From positions 48,059 to 112,058 of the IMG/VR virus record IMGVR_UViG_3300003690_003063: a stretch of 64,000 nt of DNA; one strand, written 5' to 3'. The position numbers and the translations under genes are program-made. Below the pieces are notes generated by a model. That model saw nothing but the letters and a program-made list of their open reading frames with translations. It was not told the DNA's origin and ran no database searches. Source of the stretch: a virus. This document shows positions 47,734-57,026 of this stretch, one piece after another (the stretch's first letter is position 1; the number at the start of each line of letters is the position of its first letter).

Positions 47734-48011
47734 CATTTACACCAGTTAATAACTATCTTTATGTGAGAACCATAGAGGACAACGAAACAGAAGACAGCGC
47801 CATCTTATTGCCCCAGGATTACCGCGCAGTTGAAAGCCCATTCGCAGTGGTTGAAGTAGTCAACTGTTCGGGCGAAAACGGAACCTTGTGGGGCGCTGGA
47901 TTACGCCTCGTGGTGGAAGCCCACATGCTCCGAGACATTTGCCACAAGGGGGAGACCTTTACGGTCATCAAGGAAAATCACGTAATCGGTATTCTGTCAG
48001 AAAGCTCTTGA
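47730..48011 (+). CDS. groES: Divergent GroES-like co-chaperonin
   Basis: FTPVNNYLYV...ILLP...F.VIKENHVIGIL pattern. Confidence 0.65.
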   Translation: MTFTPVNNYLYVRTIEDNETEDSAILLPQDYRAVESPFAVVEVVNCSGENGTLWGAGLRLVVEAHMLRDICHKGETFTVIKENHVIGILSESS

Positions 48012-48036
48012 CCTAACCATTCACTGGTGCTATACT
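48008..48036 (+). promoter_or_regulatory. Sigma70-type promoter, probably leaderless mRNA
   Basis: TTGACC-17-TATACT with TGn; ATG 6 nt downstream. Confidence 0.65.
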
Positions 48037-48042
48037 AGCACT

Positions 48043-48771
48043 ATGATGGAACTGCCTCCTCTTAAATATGCCTTCCCTAACGTGGTGGTGGGCTGGCGCG
48101 AGGAGGCAGTTTCATTCGCCCGGGAGCATGGGTACCACTTAATTGTTAATAGTGAACAACGACCGTTCTATTATTCTTTCGGACTCCAAGATGTAAAAAG
48201 TAGGTGGTACGAAGGAATTTTTGATCTCGGAATGAAATCATTATTGCCTATTCCTTTTGAAGTGGAAACGGTGGGCTTGGACGATGGCAAGCTAAAGGTT
48301 GTCACCCAAGGAAAGACCAAAGTCCTAATCGATTTTAAGGCCCTCCATTTATTCGACCTTGATAACTGTGGGAACCTAGGTGCTGAGGAGGTAGTTGAGG
48401 ATTATCTTGTACACGATATGTTTGATATCGTTCAGGGATCTCAATTGGCGCGAGAGATAGTACTAAATCTTAATGATAGCTTTGTGAAGACGGTTAGTTT
48501 TGTGCCGTCAAATCGGATAGATAGGAATACTACCGGCGATTTTAAAGATATCATCACGTGTAGCATCATTAGTAAAGAAGATATCAAGAGTTTTGATTGT
48601 TCTGAAACGGTGATTCGTATACTCTTGGAACGTAAATTTAAAGAACATAAAATCAAGCAACCCAACGGGAGAAGCCTAAAGATCCAACACTCTTTTCGTC
48701 ACGCAAGAAAGAGAAAGTTTTGTTTTAACGTGGTCGATGCTCTCGACGAGAGAATAATTCTCCATGAGTAA
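48043..48771 (+). CDS. Hypothetical protein
   Basis: 242-aa ORF directly after a sigma70-type promoter. Confidence 0.65.
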   Translation: MMELPPLKYAFPNVVVGWREEAVSFAREHGYHLIVNSEQRPFYYSFGLQDVKSRWYEGIFDLGMKSLLPIPFEVETVGLDDGKLKVVTQGKTKVLIDFKALHLFDLDNCGNLGAEEVVEDYLVHDMFDIVQGSQLAREIVLNLNDSFVKTVSFVPSNRIDRNTTGDFKDIITCSIISKEDIKSFDCSETVIRILLERKFKEHKIKQPNGRSLKIQHSFRHARKRKFCFNVVDALDERIILHE

Positions 48772-49615
48772 GCCTACAATGCCGGCAATCATTCCAATTG
48801 CCGGCCTGAACACAGAATTTGGTATGGAATGGGATTCTTCATTGGTACCGATCGCACCTAATTATACAGCATTGGAAGGCGCCGTCTATGAGTGTCTCCA
48901 TGCTGGTTGTACATCAATTTGGATTGTGGCCAATGATGATGTGGCGCCTCTATTGCGCTGGCGCCTCGGGGAGTATGCTACAGATATTGATAGTATTCAG
49001 CGTGGCCACTTTGCAGCCTTCGGACATACAAAACATATAGAGGTGCCAATTTATTACGTGCCCATTCACCCCAAACACCGAGAGAAAGTAGACAACTATG
49101 CGTGGTCCATCATCTATGGGGCCAACGTAGCCTACTGGATACACACAAAGTTTTCGCGATGGGTGCAGCCGAGTCGTTACTACATATCTTTTCCAATGGG
49201 TATGATGGATCCTAAAGAAGTATTAGAGCATCGGTCTCAATTACGAAAGAACGTTCCCTTTTATTTCTCGCACAAGGGCCAAACAGTTAAAGACGGCGTG
49301 CCCTTGAGTTTTGTTATAGACCCAGGAGAGTGGCGGCGCGCCAAGAAAATAATTACCACTAACTCGTCCTATTACAAAGCTCCCCCCCTTGGGGAAATGC
49401 CGTCGGAACCGCTAGCCCCCAGCGAGCGTCACATATCATTGGCCTATGGTCTGGAGGACGTGTTTGGCCCGGGCCGCGACGGCACCCTTTGTGAAATTGA
49501 TAATTTTTACGACTTGACTTTGTGGAGTGGATATGTTAAATTTATATCATCGGAGTTGGGCGCCAGAACGAAACGTCCCAACACAAACACTATGTATAGA
49601 GGGAGAAACAAGTGA
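48764..49615 (+). CDS. Degenerate nucleotidyltransferase-fold protein
   Basis: AIIPIAG...SLVPI...LEGAVYECLHAGCTSIWIV resembles an NTP_transferase N-terminus. Confidence 0.5.
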   Translation: MSKPTMPAIIPIAGLNTEFGMEWDSSLVPIAPNYTALEGAVYECLHAGCTSIWIVANDDVAPLLRWRLGEYATDIDSIQRGHFAAFGHTKHIEVPIYYVPIHPKHREKVDNYAWSIIYGANVAYWIHTKFSRWVQPSRYYISFPMGMMDPKEVLEHRSQLRKNVPFYFSHKGQTVKDGVPLSFVIDPGEWRRAKKIITTNSSYYKAPPLGEMPSEPLAPSERHISLAYGLEDVFGPGRDGTLCEIDNFYDLTLWSGYVKFISSELGARTKRPNTNTMYRGRNK

Positions 49616-52600
49616 ACGAGAAAAAGATTCCTTTCGTAGGGCTTCATGCACACAGCGTAGCAGGCTCTATTTTTGATGCCATCGGATATCCAGATGAACA
49701 TATGGATTTCTGTTATGAAAACGGGGGTGAAGCACTTGCCCTTACAGACCACGGGAACATGAATGGGTTCTCACACCAGTTTTTACACTGGCAAAAGATG
49801 AAGTCCGAAGGAAAGGAATTTAAGCCTATCTTCGGAGTGGAAGCATACTTTCTTCCCTCCATTGATGACTGGCGCGATGACTATAATCGTATTAAGACAG
49901 ATGCCAAGCAAGCGAAATCGTTGGCGAAAGAGGGCGACACGTCGGGGGCCACCGTGGAGGACGAAGAGGCATCGAAGAAGGCAATCAAGTCTGTATTGAA
50001 CCACCGGCGCCATTTAATTCTGTTGGCTCAAAACCAGACAGGATTGAACAATCTGTTTAAGATTGTATCAGAGTCTTACCGGGAAGAGAACTTCTATCGT
50101 TACCCACGCGTGGATTACGATATGCTCGACCGACACTCAGAAGGAGTGATTGCCGCGTCTGCATGTCTGGGTGGACCTTATGCGGGAAACTACTGGGCCC
50201 ACCGAGAAGAGGGACCCGACGCGGTGAGGGAAGCGATGCGGGAAACAACCCGGCGCTTTGTAGAAGTCTTCGGAGACCGATGGTATGGAGAACTTCAATG
50301 GAACCAGATTCCAGAGCAACACGAACTAAACCAGTTTATCATCGAAATGCATCACGAGTTTGGAATCCCGCTGATTTCAACGGCGGACAGTCATTACCCT
50401 GGCCCCGACGCCTGGAAGGACCGCGAGCTTTACAAGCGGCTTGGCTGGCTTGGGAAGGGAACTCCCGCGTGGGCTGAGGATAATACTGAGCTTCCGAAGG
50501 GCGTTGAAGAGATAGGTTATGAAATCTATCCCAAAAACGGCAACCAGATGTGGGACTCTTATAAAACATATGCCAAGATTGCTGAGCAGGAGTACGATGA
50601 TGACTTGGTAATGAAGTCAATTACAGACACACATCACATCGCATTCAATTTGATCGAGGACTTTACCCCCAACACCACCGTTAAGCTACCCGACTTTGTG
50701 GTTCCGGCCGGCTTCACGGACGCCGAGGCCTTGGTTAACTATGCTCTGGAAGGTTTGCGCCATCGTGGACTTCATGAGAAAGAAGAGTACACAACGAGGC
50801 TGCAGCGGGAACTTGATGTTATTGAGGACCGAGGATTCAGCAAGTACTTTCTGACGATGAAGGCTATTGCTGACAAGGCTAACGAGGTTCAGCTAACTGG
50901 CCCCGGCCGAGGGTCAGCCGCTGGTTCTCTAACTGCGTATGTCCTGGGCATAACACAGATCGATCCCATTAAGTACGGGCTTCTGTTTGAGAGATTCTTG
51001 CGCAAGGACGCGACGGACTATCCAGATATTGATTATGATGTGGCTGAGCCTATGGAACTTAAGGAAATGTTAATGGAGGATTGGGGCAAGAATTCAGTCA
51101 TCCCAATTTCAAACTGGAACACGCTTCAGCTGAAGTCTCTTATCAAAGATATTTCAAAGTTCTATGGCGTGGAGTTTGGGGAAGTGAACAAAGTAACTTC
51201 TATGATGATTGCTGAGGCGACTCCCGCGGCAAAGATGAAGCACGGGATCAAGGCAGGAGTATATGCTCCGACTTGGGAAGAGGTTATGGAGTTGTCCCCC
51301 TCTTTGCGTGGCTACCTAGTAAAGTATCCGCACATTAAGACACACGTTGAAGCGTTGGTAGGACAGGTTCGATCTTGTTCTCGTCACGCCGGCGGCGTTC
51401 TGATTGCCGACGACTTGAACGAGCATATGCCCATCATTAGTTCGGGCGGAGTGCGACAATCGCCATGGTCTGAGGGACAACACGTCCGGCACCTTGAACC
51501 GCTCGGGTTTATTAAGTTTGATTTGTTGGGGCTCTCGACGCTTCGTATGATTGCTGAAGCGATTCGGCACATCCTGAAGCGACACGGCAAGAATCCAAAT
51601 CCAACCTTCGTAGATGTAAAAGCATTTTATAATGAGTTTCTCCATCCGGACGTCCTTGACTTCGAGGATCAGAAGGTGTATAGGAATATTTTCCAGAAGG
51701 GAAACTTCGCCGGTATTTTTCAGTTCACAGAGCAACGCGCCCAGGAATTCTGCGCGAACGCAAAGCCGAAGTCTTTAATTGATATCTCGGCCATCACATC
51801 GATCTATCGACCGGGACCCCTATCGGCCAATGTGCACGAGCAATACATTCAAGCTAAGGAAAATCCGGGCGACATCGATTATATCAATGAGCACGTGAAA
51901 GATATTACCAAGGAAACCTACGGATTCCTAATCTTCCAAGAACAGATTGCCCTCCTTGCTCACAAGTTAGGGAAGGGACTAACCCTAGATGAGGGAAACC
52001 TGCTAAGGAAGGTGCTCACCAAGAGGGGAACGGGGAAGGAAGCCAGAGTTAAGAAAGCCCTACGGACCAAGTTCATCGACGGGTGCATAGAGAAAGGAAT
52101 TCGCCACAGCGAGGCCGAAGATATGTGGGAGAGGTTCGAATACTTCTCGGGTTACGGTTTCAATAAGTCGCACGCGGTTTCGTACTCAGCAATCTCGTTC
52201 CAGTGCGCGTGGCTCTACAACTACTACCCCGTAGAGTGGATGGCGTCGTTCCTGGACAAGGAACCTGAGAAGCGCAAGGAACGCGCTATCAACATCGCGA
52301 AGTCAAACGGCTTTGAGATTGTGGAAGCGGATATCAATACTTCATCGTTCGTATGGGAAATCGATCCCGGCGATCCCAAGAGGCTCTATCAGCCGTTGAG
52401 TGGACTCAAGGGATTGGGGGACGCAGCCATCGAACAAATTGTGGCGAACAGACCATTCAATGATATCGAAGAGTTCCTCTTCCACGACGACATTGTGTAT
52501 AGCAAGCTTAATAAGAAGGCGCTGGATGTGTTAGTGCGCTCTGGTGCATTGAATAGCCTCATGGACGAACGATTTACGGGGCGAAAACATTTTTGGTCAA

Positions 52601-53052
52601 CTGTTGCAGTCGACCGGGTCTACAGTCGAAAGAAATTTTTAGATAACATAGAGACTTACAAAGACGAGGGAGACTTTACCAACGAAGAGGAAATTGATAA
52701 TCTAACTACTCTCACTGGTATCTTCCCCATGCATTTGGTCATGACCGAGGCCGTAAGAAACAAATTAAATTCCTATTACATCCCGGCTATCTCAGATTAT
52801 GATCCTGAACTAGGCCTTGTTTGGTTCATTCCCAGAGAAATTATTAAGAAGAAGACTAAGAACGATAAGCCTTACTGGATTGTGGCAGTCATTGATTCCA
52901 ATTCGGTCTTGACAAAGTTTCGCTGTTGGGGTATAGTGGAAGGTAAGGATAGAATTCACTTGAACCACCCCTATATGGGCAAACTAGATTTCGACCCATC
53001 GTGGGGATTCTCAACCAGGTCCATTAGAAGGAATTTGAGGCGACTAGGATGA
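49612..53052 (+). CDS. dnaE: DNA polymerase III alpha subunit (family C)
   Basis: PHP HAHS/LTDHG/DSHY, GRGSAAGS, PDIDYD, HAGG, KFDLLGL, YGFNKSHA. Confidence 0.96.
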   Translation: MNEKKIPFVGLHAHSVAGSIFDAIGYPDEHMDFCYENGGEALALTDHGNMNGFSHQFLHWQKMKSEGKEFKPIFGVEAYFLPSIDDWRDDYNRIKTDAKQAKSLAKEGDTSGATVEDEEASKKAIKSVLNHRRHLILLAQNQTGLNNLFKIVSESYREENFYRYPRVDYDMLDRHSEGVIAASACLGGPYAGNYWAHREEGPDAVREAMRETTRRFVEVFGDRWYGELQWNQIPEQHELNQFIIEMHHEFGIPLISTADSHYPGPDAWKDRELYKRLGWLGKGTPAWAEDNTELPKGVEEIGYEIYPKNGNQMWDSYKTYAKIAEQEYDDDLVMKSITDTHHIAFNLIEDFTPNTTVKLPDFVVPAGFTDAEALVNYALEGLRHRGLHEKEEYTTRLQRELDVIEDRGFSKYFLTMKAIADKANEVQLTGPGRGSAAGSLTAYVLGITQIDPIKYGLLFERFLRKDATDYPDIDYDVAEPMELKEMLMEDWGKNSVIPISNWNTLQLKSLIKDISKFYGVEFGEVNKVTSMMIAEATPAAKMKHGIKAGVYAPTWEEVMELSPSLRGYLVKYPHIKTHVEALVGQVRSCSRHAGGVLIADDLNEHMPIISSGGVRQSPWSEGQHVRHLEPLGFIKFDLLGLSTLRMIAEAIRHILKRHGKNPNPTFVDVKAFYNEFLHPDVLDFEDQKVYRNIFQKGNFAGIFQFTEQRAQEFCANAKPKSLIDISAITSIYRPGPLSANVHEQYIQAKENPGDIDYINEHVKDITKETYGFLIFQEQIALLAHKLGKGLTLDEGNLLRKVLTKRGTGKEARVKKALRTKFIDGCIEKGIRHSEAEDMWERFEYFSGYGFNKSHAVSYSAISFQCAWLYNYYPVEWMASFLDKEPEKRKERAINIAKSNGFEIVEADINTSSFVWEIDPGDPKRLYQPLSGLKGLGDAAIEQIVANRPFNDIEEFLFHDDIVYSKLNKKALDVLVRSGALNSLMDERFTGRKHFWSTVAVDRVYSRKKFLDNIETYKDEGDFTNEEEIDNLTTLTGIFPMHLVMTEAVRNKLNSYYIPAISDYDPELGLVWFIPREIIKKKTKNDKPYWIVAVIDSNSVLTKFRCWGIVEGKDRIHLNHPYMGKLDFDPSWGFSTRSIRRNLRRLG

Positions 53053-53672
53053 AAAAGATAATCAAAGATTTCAGAAGAATGAAATACTTTAAGAATTACG
53101 CTGCCACGAGTGGTGCTGTTCACAACGTGGCCAAGCACGAAGATGCGGTGGAAGACATGCTGCGGACCCATGGGCTTCGACGCGTGGAACGACAAGTTAA
53201 AATAGCCGAGAGAGATGAAATGCTGAAGACCGGCGTTGCCACCGATCTTCCTGATGATACATTTATAGCACAGCCCTGCGGTACTCACGCTAGTCCCGAT
53301 TTTATCGTGAAAACAGGTGGCAAGCTGTACTTTATTGAATGCAAGAGCGCCAAAGGGGGGACTCCTATGTATAATAGCGGAGTCCCGAAAGCACAATATA
53401 TCTACGTGTTCTGTTCAGAGAAGCATAACAAGACTACCATTTATTGGGGAGCCGACGTGCTGCCCGCAGAGCAAGAACGACTTATACGCGAACATATTGC
53501 GGAAGCCCGAGTGCGCGACGAACAGTTTAACAAAGGACTCAAAGAAAATGGTTACGGTATGGAATATTATAGCCGCGCTATGATCATCCACAAAGGGGAC
53601 AAGACTATTAAGGATTATTTCCTTAATCCTAGTCGCAAGGAGTTCGAACAGCGGGTATTGGATGGAGTATAG
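53049..53672 (+). CDS. PD-(D/E)XK endonuclease, putative type II restriction enzyme
   Basis: SPDFIV...FIECKS; overlaps a methyltransferase gene. Confidence 0.65.
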   Translation: MKKIIKDFRRMKYFKNYAATSGAVHNVAKHEDAVEDMLRTHGLRRVERQVKIAERDEMLKTGVATDLPDDTFIAQPCGTHASPDFIVKTGGKLYFIECKSAKGGTPMYNSGVPKAQYIYVFCSEKHNKTTIYWGADVLPAEQERLIREHIAEARVRDEQFNKGLKENGYGMEYYSRAMIIHKGDKTIKDYFLNPSRKEFEQRVLDGV

Positions 53673-54525
53673 TTTGATCCATGGCGACTGTTTAAAGTCA
53701 TTGCGGCAGCTGGCGACTAATTCAATTGATAATTGTGTTACCGATCCTCCCTACGGAATGGGAATGGAACACTGGGATCATGCGGTACCGACGACAGAAA
53801 TTTGGGAAGAAGTCCAGAGAGTTTTGAAGCCGGGTAGCTTTTGCTTAAGTTTTTGTAGTCCTCAACTTTACCATCGCATGGTGACCGCGGTGGAGGACGC
53901 GGGTTTCGATATTAAAGATCAAATTATGTGGATGATTACCACAAAGATGCCCAAGAAGAATAGGCTTAAGCCGGCACATGAACCAATTGTTGTAGCACAG
54001 AAGTCTTTTAAGGGGAGTATAAAAGCAAATTTTGAAGAATGGGGAGTGGGACAGATAGACACTGATACTACGCGCGTGCCATGGGACGGTAAACCCCCTA
54101 CCGGATGGGTGAAGGGAGGCATTCAGCGGCGCACCTTTGGGAAAGATGGGAAGACCACCGGCACACAGGAGGAGTTTGGCAAAGAAGATGCCAATCCTGC
54201 TGGTCGATATCCTAGCAACATCATTGGTGAAGTCCAAGAGGAACATCAGAAGTATTTCTATGCTCCCCGTGTCACTCGGAAGGAGCGCGGGGAATATAAT
54301 AATCATCCTACGCCAAAGCCCATCGCTTTAATGTCTTATTTAATAAAAATCTATTGCCCGCCGGATACGACTGTCTTGGATCCTTTTTGCGGGAGCGGAT
54401 CTACGGGGATTGGGGCTTTGCTGGAAGGTCGAAATTTTATAGGGATCGATTTAGAAGAAAAATATATTGAGATTTCACGGCGCAGGATCGAGGATTACTG
54501 TGGTCACTTATTGGAGGAAAACTAA
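53662..54525 (+). CDS. N6-adenine/N4-cytosine DNA methyltransferase (beta class)
   Basis: TDPPY before HPTPKP and LDPFCGSGST. Confidence 0.92.
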   Translation: MEYSLIHGDCLKSLRQLATNSIDNCVTDPPYGMGMEHWDHAVPTTEIWEEVQRVLKPGSFCLSFCSPQLYHRMVTAVEDAGFDIKDQIMWMITTKMPKKNRLKPAHEPIVVAQKSFKGSIKANFEEWGVGQIDTDTTRVPWDGKPPTGWVKGGIQRRTFGKDGKTTGTQEEFGKEDANPAGRYPSNIIGEVQEEHQKYFYAPRVTRKERGEYNNHPTPKPIALMSYLIKIYCPPDTTVLDPFCGSGSTGIGALLEGRNFIGIDLEEKYIEISRRRIEDYCGHLLEEN

Positions 54526-54672
54526 ATGGCTAAAAAGAATAAAGAGGGAAAGCGGGAGAAACACAAGAAGAAAACTTCGATCGGTAGGAGTAAATTTACC
54601 AAGAAGGGATTGCCGGGGCCCCATGGTGGCAACAAAAACTACAAGAAACCATACAGAGGACAAGGAAAATGA
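54526..54672 (+). CDS. 48-aa very basic protein ending KKPYRGQGK (not in ORF track)
   Basis: GGAGG RBS, ATG directly after the MTase stop, ATGA overlap with dut. Confidence 0.7.
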   Translation: MAKKNKEGKREKHKKKTSIGRSKFTKKGLPGPHGGNKNYKKPYRGQGK

Positions 54673-55133
54673 TACTTCAATATTATATGATTCATGAAAA
54701 CGTGTATCCACCTGGGCGTTCCAACCCTAGCGACGCGGGACTAGATTTACGCTGGAGTCCTGAGGACGCCCAGGTCACAGGCTTTCGGATCGAACCGGGC
54801 CAGAGTGTCTTGCTTGGTACCGGGTGCCAGTTTGCTGTCCCCCATGGTTATATGCTAGAGGTTAAGAACCGCTCTGGAATGGCAGCGAAGCGGCAGCTGC
54901 TGGTGGGAGCAGGTGTAGTTGACAGTGGCTACGATGGTGAGGTTTTTGTTAACTTGCACAACATAGGGACGGATGTTCAGATCATCGAGCCAGGCGACAA
55001 AATTGCCCAGGCTGTTGTGGTGCCCGTCGTGCATGCTCGGTTCGTGGCCTCTGCATCCCCCGATATTTATGAGTGGTATCCGATTACCATTTCTGAGCGT
55101 GGGAGCGGCGCACTAGGATCGACTGGAAAGTGA
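54669..55133 (+). CDS. dut: Trimeric dUTPase
   Basis: AGLDL, NRSG, GVVDSGYDGE, IAQ, RGSGALGSTG. Confidence 0.95.
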   Translation: MILQYYMIHENVYPPGRSNPSDAGLDLRWSPEDAQVTGFRIEPGQSVLLGTGCQFAVPHGYMLEVKNRSGMAAKRQLLVGAGVVDSGYDGEVFVNLHNIGTDVQIIEPGDKIAQAVVVPVVHARFVASASPDIYEWYPITISERGSGALGSTGK

Positions 55134-55387
55134 AAAAGCTTCGGAAGATTAATCGCACAAAACGCAAACAAGAAAGAAAAGCCGCCCAAGAAAAGCTTGC
55201 TACTCAAACTTCCCTAATGATGGGCCACCCCACAGAGTGCTGTATATGTGCGAAGGGATTTGAAAGGACTCATCAAACTGTTAAAACGTGGCATGTCACC
55301 GTAGTAGAACAGACTGCGCGCCTGACTTGTCCTACGTGCTTGGCCCGAGTAACCGAGAGATTGGAAAATATAAAAAATGAAAATTAA
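55130..55387 (+). CDS. Hypothetical Zn-finger protein
   Basis: CCIC...CPTC. Confidence 0.65.
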   Translation: MKKLRKINRTKRKQERKAAQEKLATQTSLMMGHPTECCICAKGFERTHQTVKTWHVTVVEQTARLTCPTCLARVTERLENIKNEN

Positions 55388-56414
55388 AGGACACGCCGCT
55401 AAGGGCCTCACGTATGATGATGTGTTATTGGTCCCGCAGTATTCTGACATCAAGAGTCGCAGACAAATTAATATAGGAAATACCTTTCGCGGCCCCACCT
55501 CAGCCCTGATGCTCGACTTGCCTATCATCGCGAGCCCGATGGATACCGTGTCGGAATCCCAAATGGGGGTCGCGATGTGGAAGGCGGGTGGACTAGCTGT
55601 TATCCACCGGTATAATACAATTAAAAGACAGGCTGTATTGGTTGATGAAGTGATTGTGGGAGCAGCGGCCAACGTTGCGGCTGCAATAGGTGCTTCTGGT
55701 GACTATTTAGAGAGAGCAACGGCTCTTTATGATGCGGGATCCCGCATGTTGTGTATAGATATCGCGCATGGCCATCATCTTTTGATGAAGGAGGCGCTAA
55801 ATCAATTGCGCAGCCTGTTTGGAAACACAATTCACATCATGGCAGGGAATGTTGCCACGTTGGAGGGGTATAATGATTTGGTCGATTGGGGAGCCGATAG
55901 TGTGCGCTGCAATATTGGCGGCGGTTCTATTTGTTCAACTCGGATTCAGACTGGCCATGGTGTTCCGGGCCTTCAAACAATTATTGATTGTGCTAAAGGG
56001 GACCGGCGAGCGCCCATCATTGCTGACGGAGGAATACGGAACGCTGGTGATATTGTCAAGGCTTTGGCGGCTGGGGCTGACTTCGTTATGCTTGGGTCTT
56101 TGCTTGCAGGTACTGACGAAACTCCTGGAGATGTAATCAATACACGGAAAGGTAAGTTTAAATCTTACCGTGGGATGGCAAGCAAAGATGCTCAGATAGA
56201 ATGGCGAGGCAAGACCGCGTCGTTGGAAGGAATTGCCACTACGGTTCCACGTAAAGGTCCCGTCGGAGATATTCTAACAGATTTAGCCCGAGGCATACGG
56301 AGTGGGTTTTCTTATTCGGGCGCGCGCTCTCTCTCCGAGTTACAAAGGAAAGCTCGTTTTATACGACAGACCGGCAGCGGGCAAATAGAAAGTTCCCCCC
56401 ATATCCTTAGGTGA
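55377..56414 (+). CDS. guaB: IMP dehydrogenase / GMP reductase family, no CBS domain
   Basis: [34 protein letters not shown]. Confidence 0.9.
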   Translation: MKIKGHAAKGLTYDDVLLVPQYSDIKSRRQINIGNTFRGPTSALMLDLPIIASPMDTVSESQMGVAMWKAGGLAVIHRYNTIKRQAVLVDEVIVGAAANVAAAIGASGDYLERATALYDAGSRMLCIDIAHGHHLLMKEALNQLRSLFGNTIHIMAGNVATLEGYNDLVDWGADSVRCNIGGGSICSTRIQTGHGVPGLQTIIDCAKGDRRAPIIADGGIRNAGDIVKALAAGADFVMLGSLLAGTDETPGDVINTRKGKFKSYRGMASKDAQIEWRGKTASLEGIATTVPRKGPVGDILTDLARGIRSGFSYSGARSLSELQRKARFIRQTGSGQIESSPHILR

Positions 56415-56746
56415 TGAAGAATAGCTCCCCTCCTCATTCCAAATTAACTTTCTTTTTGGATGCGAAGTTGCATGAGAATTTAAAAATAAGACTGTACTAC
56501 GATCAAATTAAAACGCAAAGTGAATTCTTTCGCTATTGTGTAGAGTCTTACCTAGAACAAGATGATTTGTTCATGAAGTTTTTAGACGAGTACAAGCTCC
56601 ATAAAAAAGTTCAATCTAAAAAAAGAATTACAAAATCTCGGAACTTGCGTGCCCGAGGCGAAAAATTATTACAAGACTTGGCACTTACGGAGGAGGAAGT
56701 GGGGAATATATTTGATATTTTAGAAGAGGAGTTACCAGAATTATGA
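56411..56746 (+). CDS. Hypothetical protein, possibly ribbon-helix-helix DNA-binding
   Basis: LTFFLD..LH..LK....TQSEFFR pattern. Confidence 0.5.
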   Translation: MMKNSSPPHSKLTFFLDAKLHENLKIRLYYDQIKTQSEFFRYCVESYLEQDDLFMKFLDEYKLHKKVQSKKRITKSRNLRARGEKLLQDLALTEEEVGNIFDILEEELPEL

Positions 56747-56985
56747 GAGAATGTGCAAAAGAATGCTACCTGAAGAAGGAGGCATGCCAGAATAGCCAAT
56801 GTAGATTGTATATCGAGTATGAAGAAGATTTGAATTGTACGATCATAGCAGTTAAAAAACATGGGCCGATGACCCTAGAGCAGATCGGGAACAGGATTCA
56901 GGTTAGTACAGTTCGTGCCAAACAATTGGTGGACGCTACTCTCCTCAAATTAAAAAAGACATTACTCAAGCAAAATACTATTTAA
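56743..56985 (+). CDS. Cys-rich mini protein with sigma-70 region 4-like HTH
   Basis: MTLEQIGNRIQVSTVRAKQLVDATLLKLK resembles TLEEIG...VTRERVRQIE..AL.KLR. Confidence 0.7.
   Translation: MRECAKECYLKKEACQNSQCRLYIEYEEDLNCTIIAVKKHGPMTLEQIGNRIQVSTVRAKQLVDATLLKLKKTLLKQNTI
56978..56985 (+). promoter_or_regulatory. Putative late promoter CTATTTAA
   Basis: Before the acidic 57027 ORF. Confidence 0.6.
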
Positions 56986-57026
56986 AAGTAGCATATTCGC
57001 GATTTTATGTTAGGAGATAATCCATT

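Noticed and set aside
44710-53052. Inteins or introns in nrdJ or dnaE (also terL, dnaB)
   Set aside because: Lengths and motif spacing are ordinary; no intein termini or homing endonuclease motifs seen
54467-54697. 76-aa ORF in the track
   Set aside because: The 54526..54672 frame has the RBS, gene coupling and a coherent basic sequence
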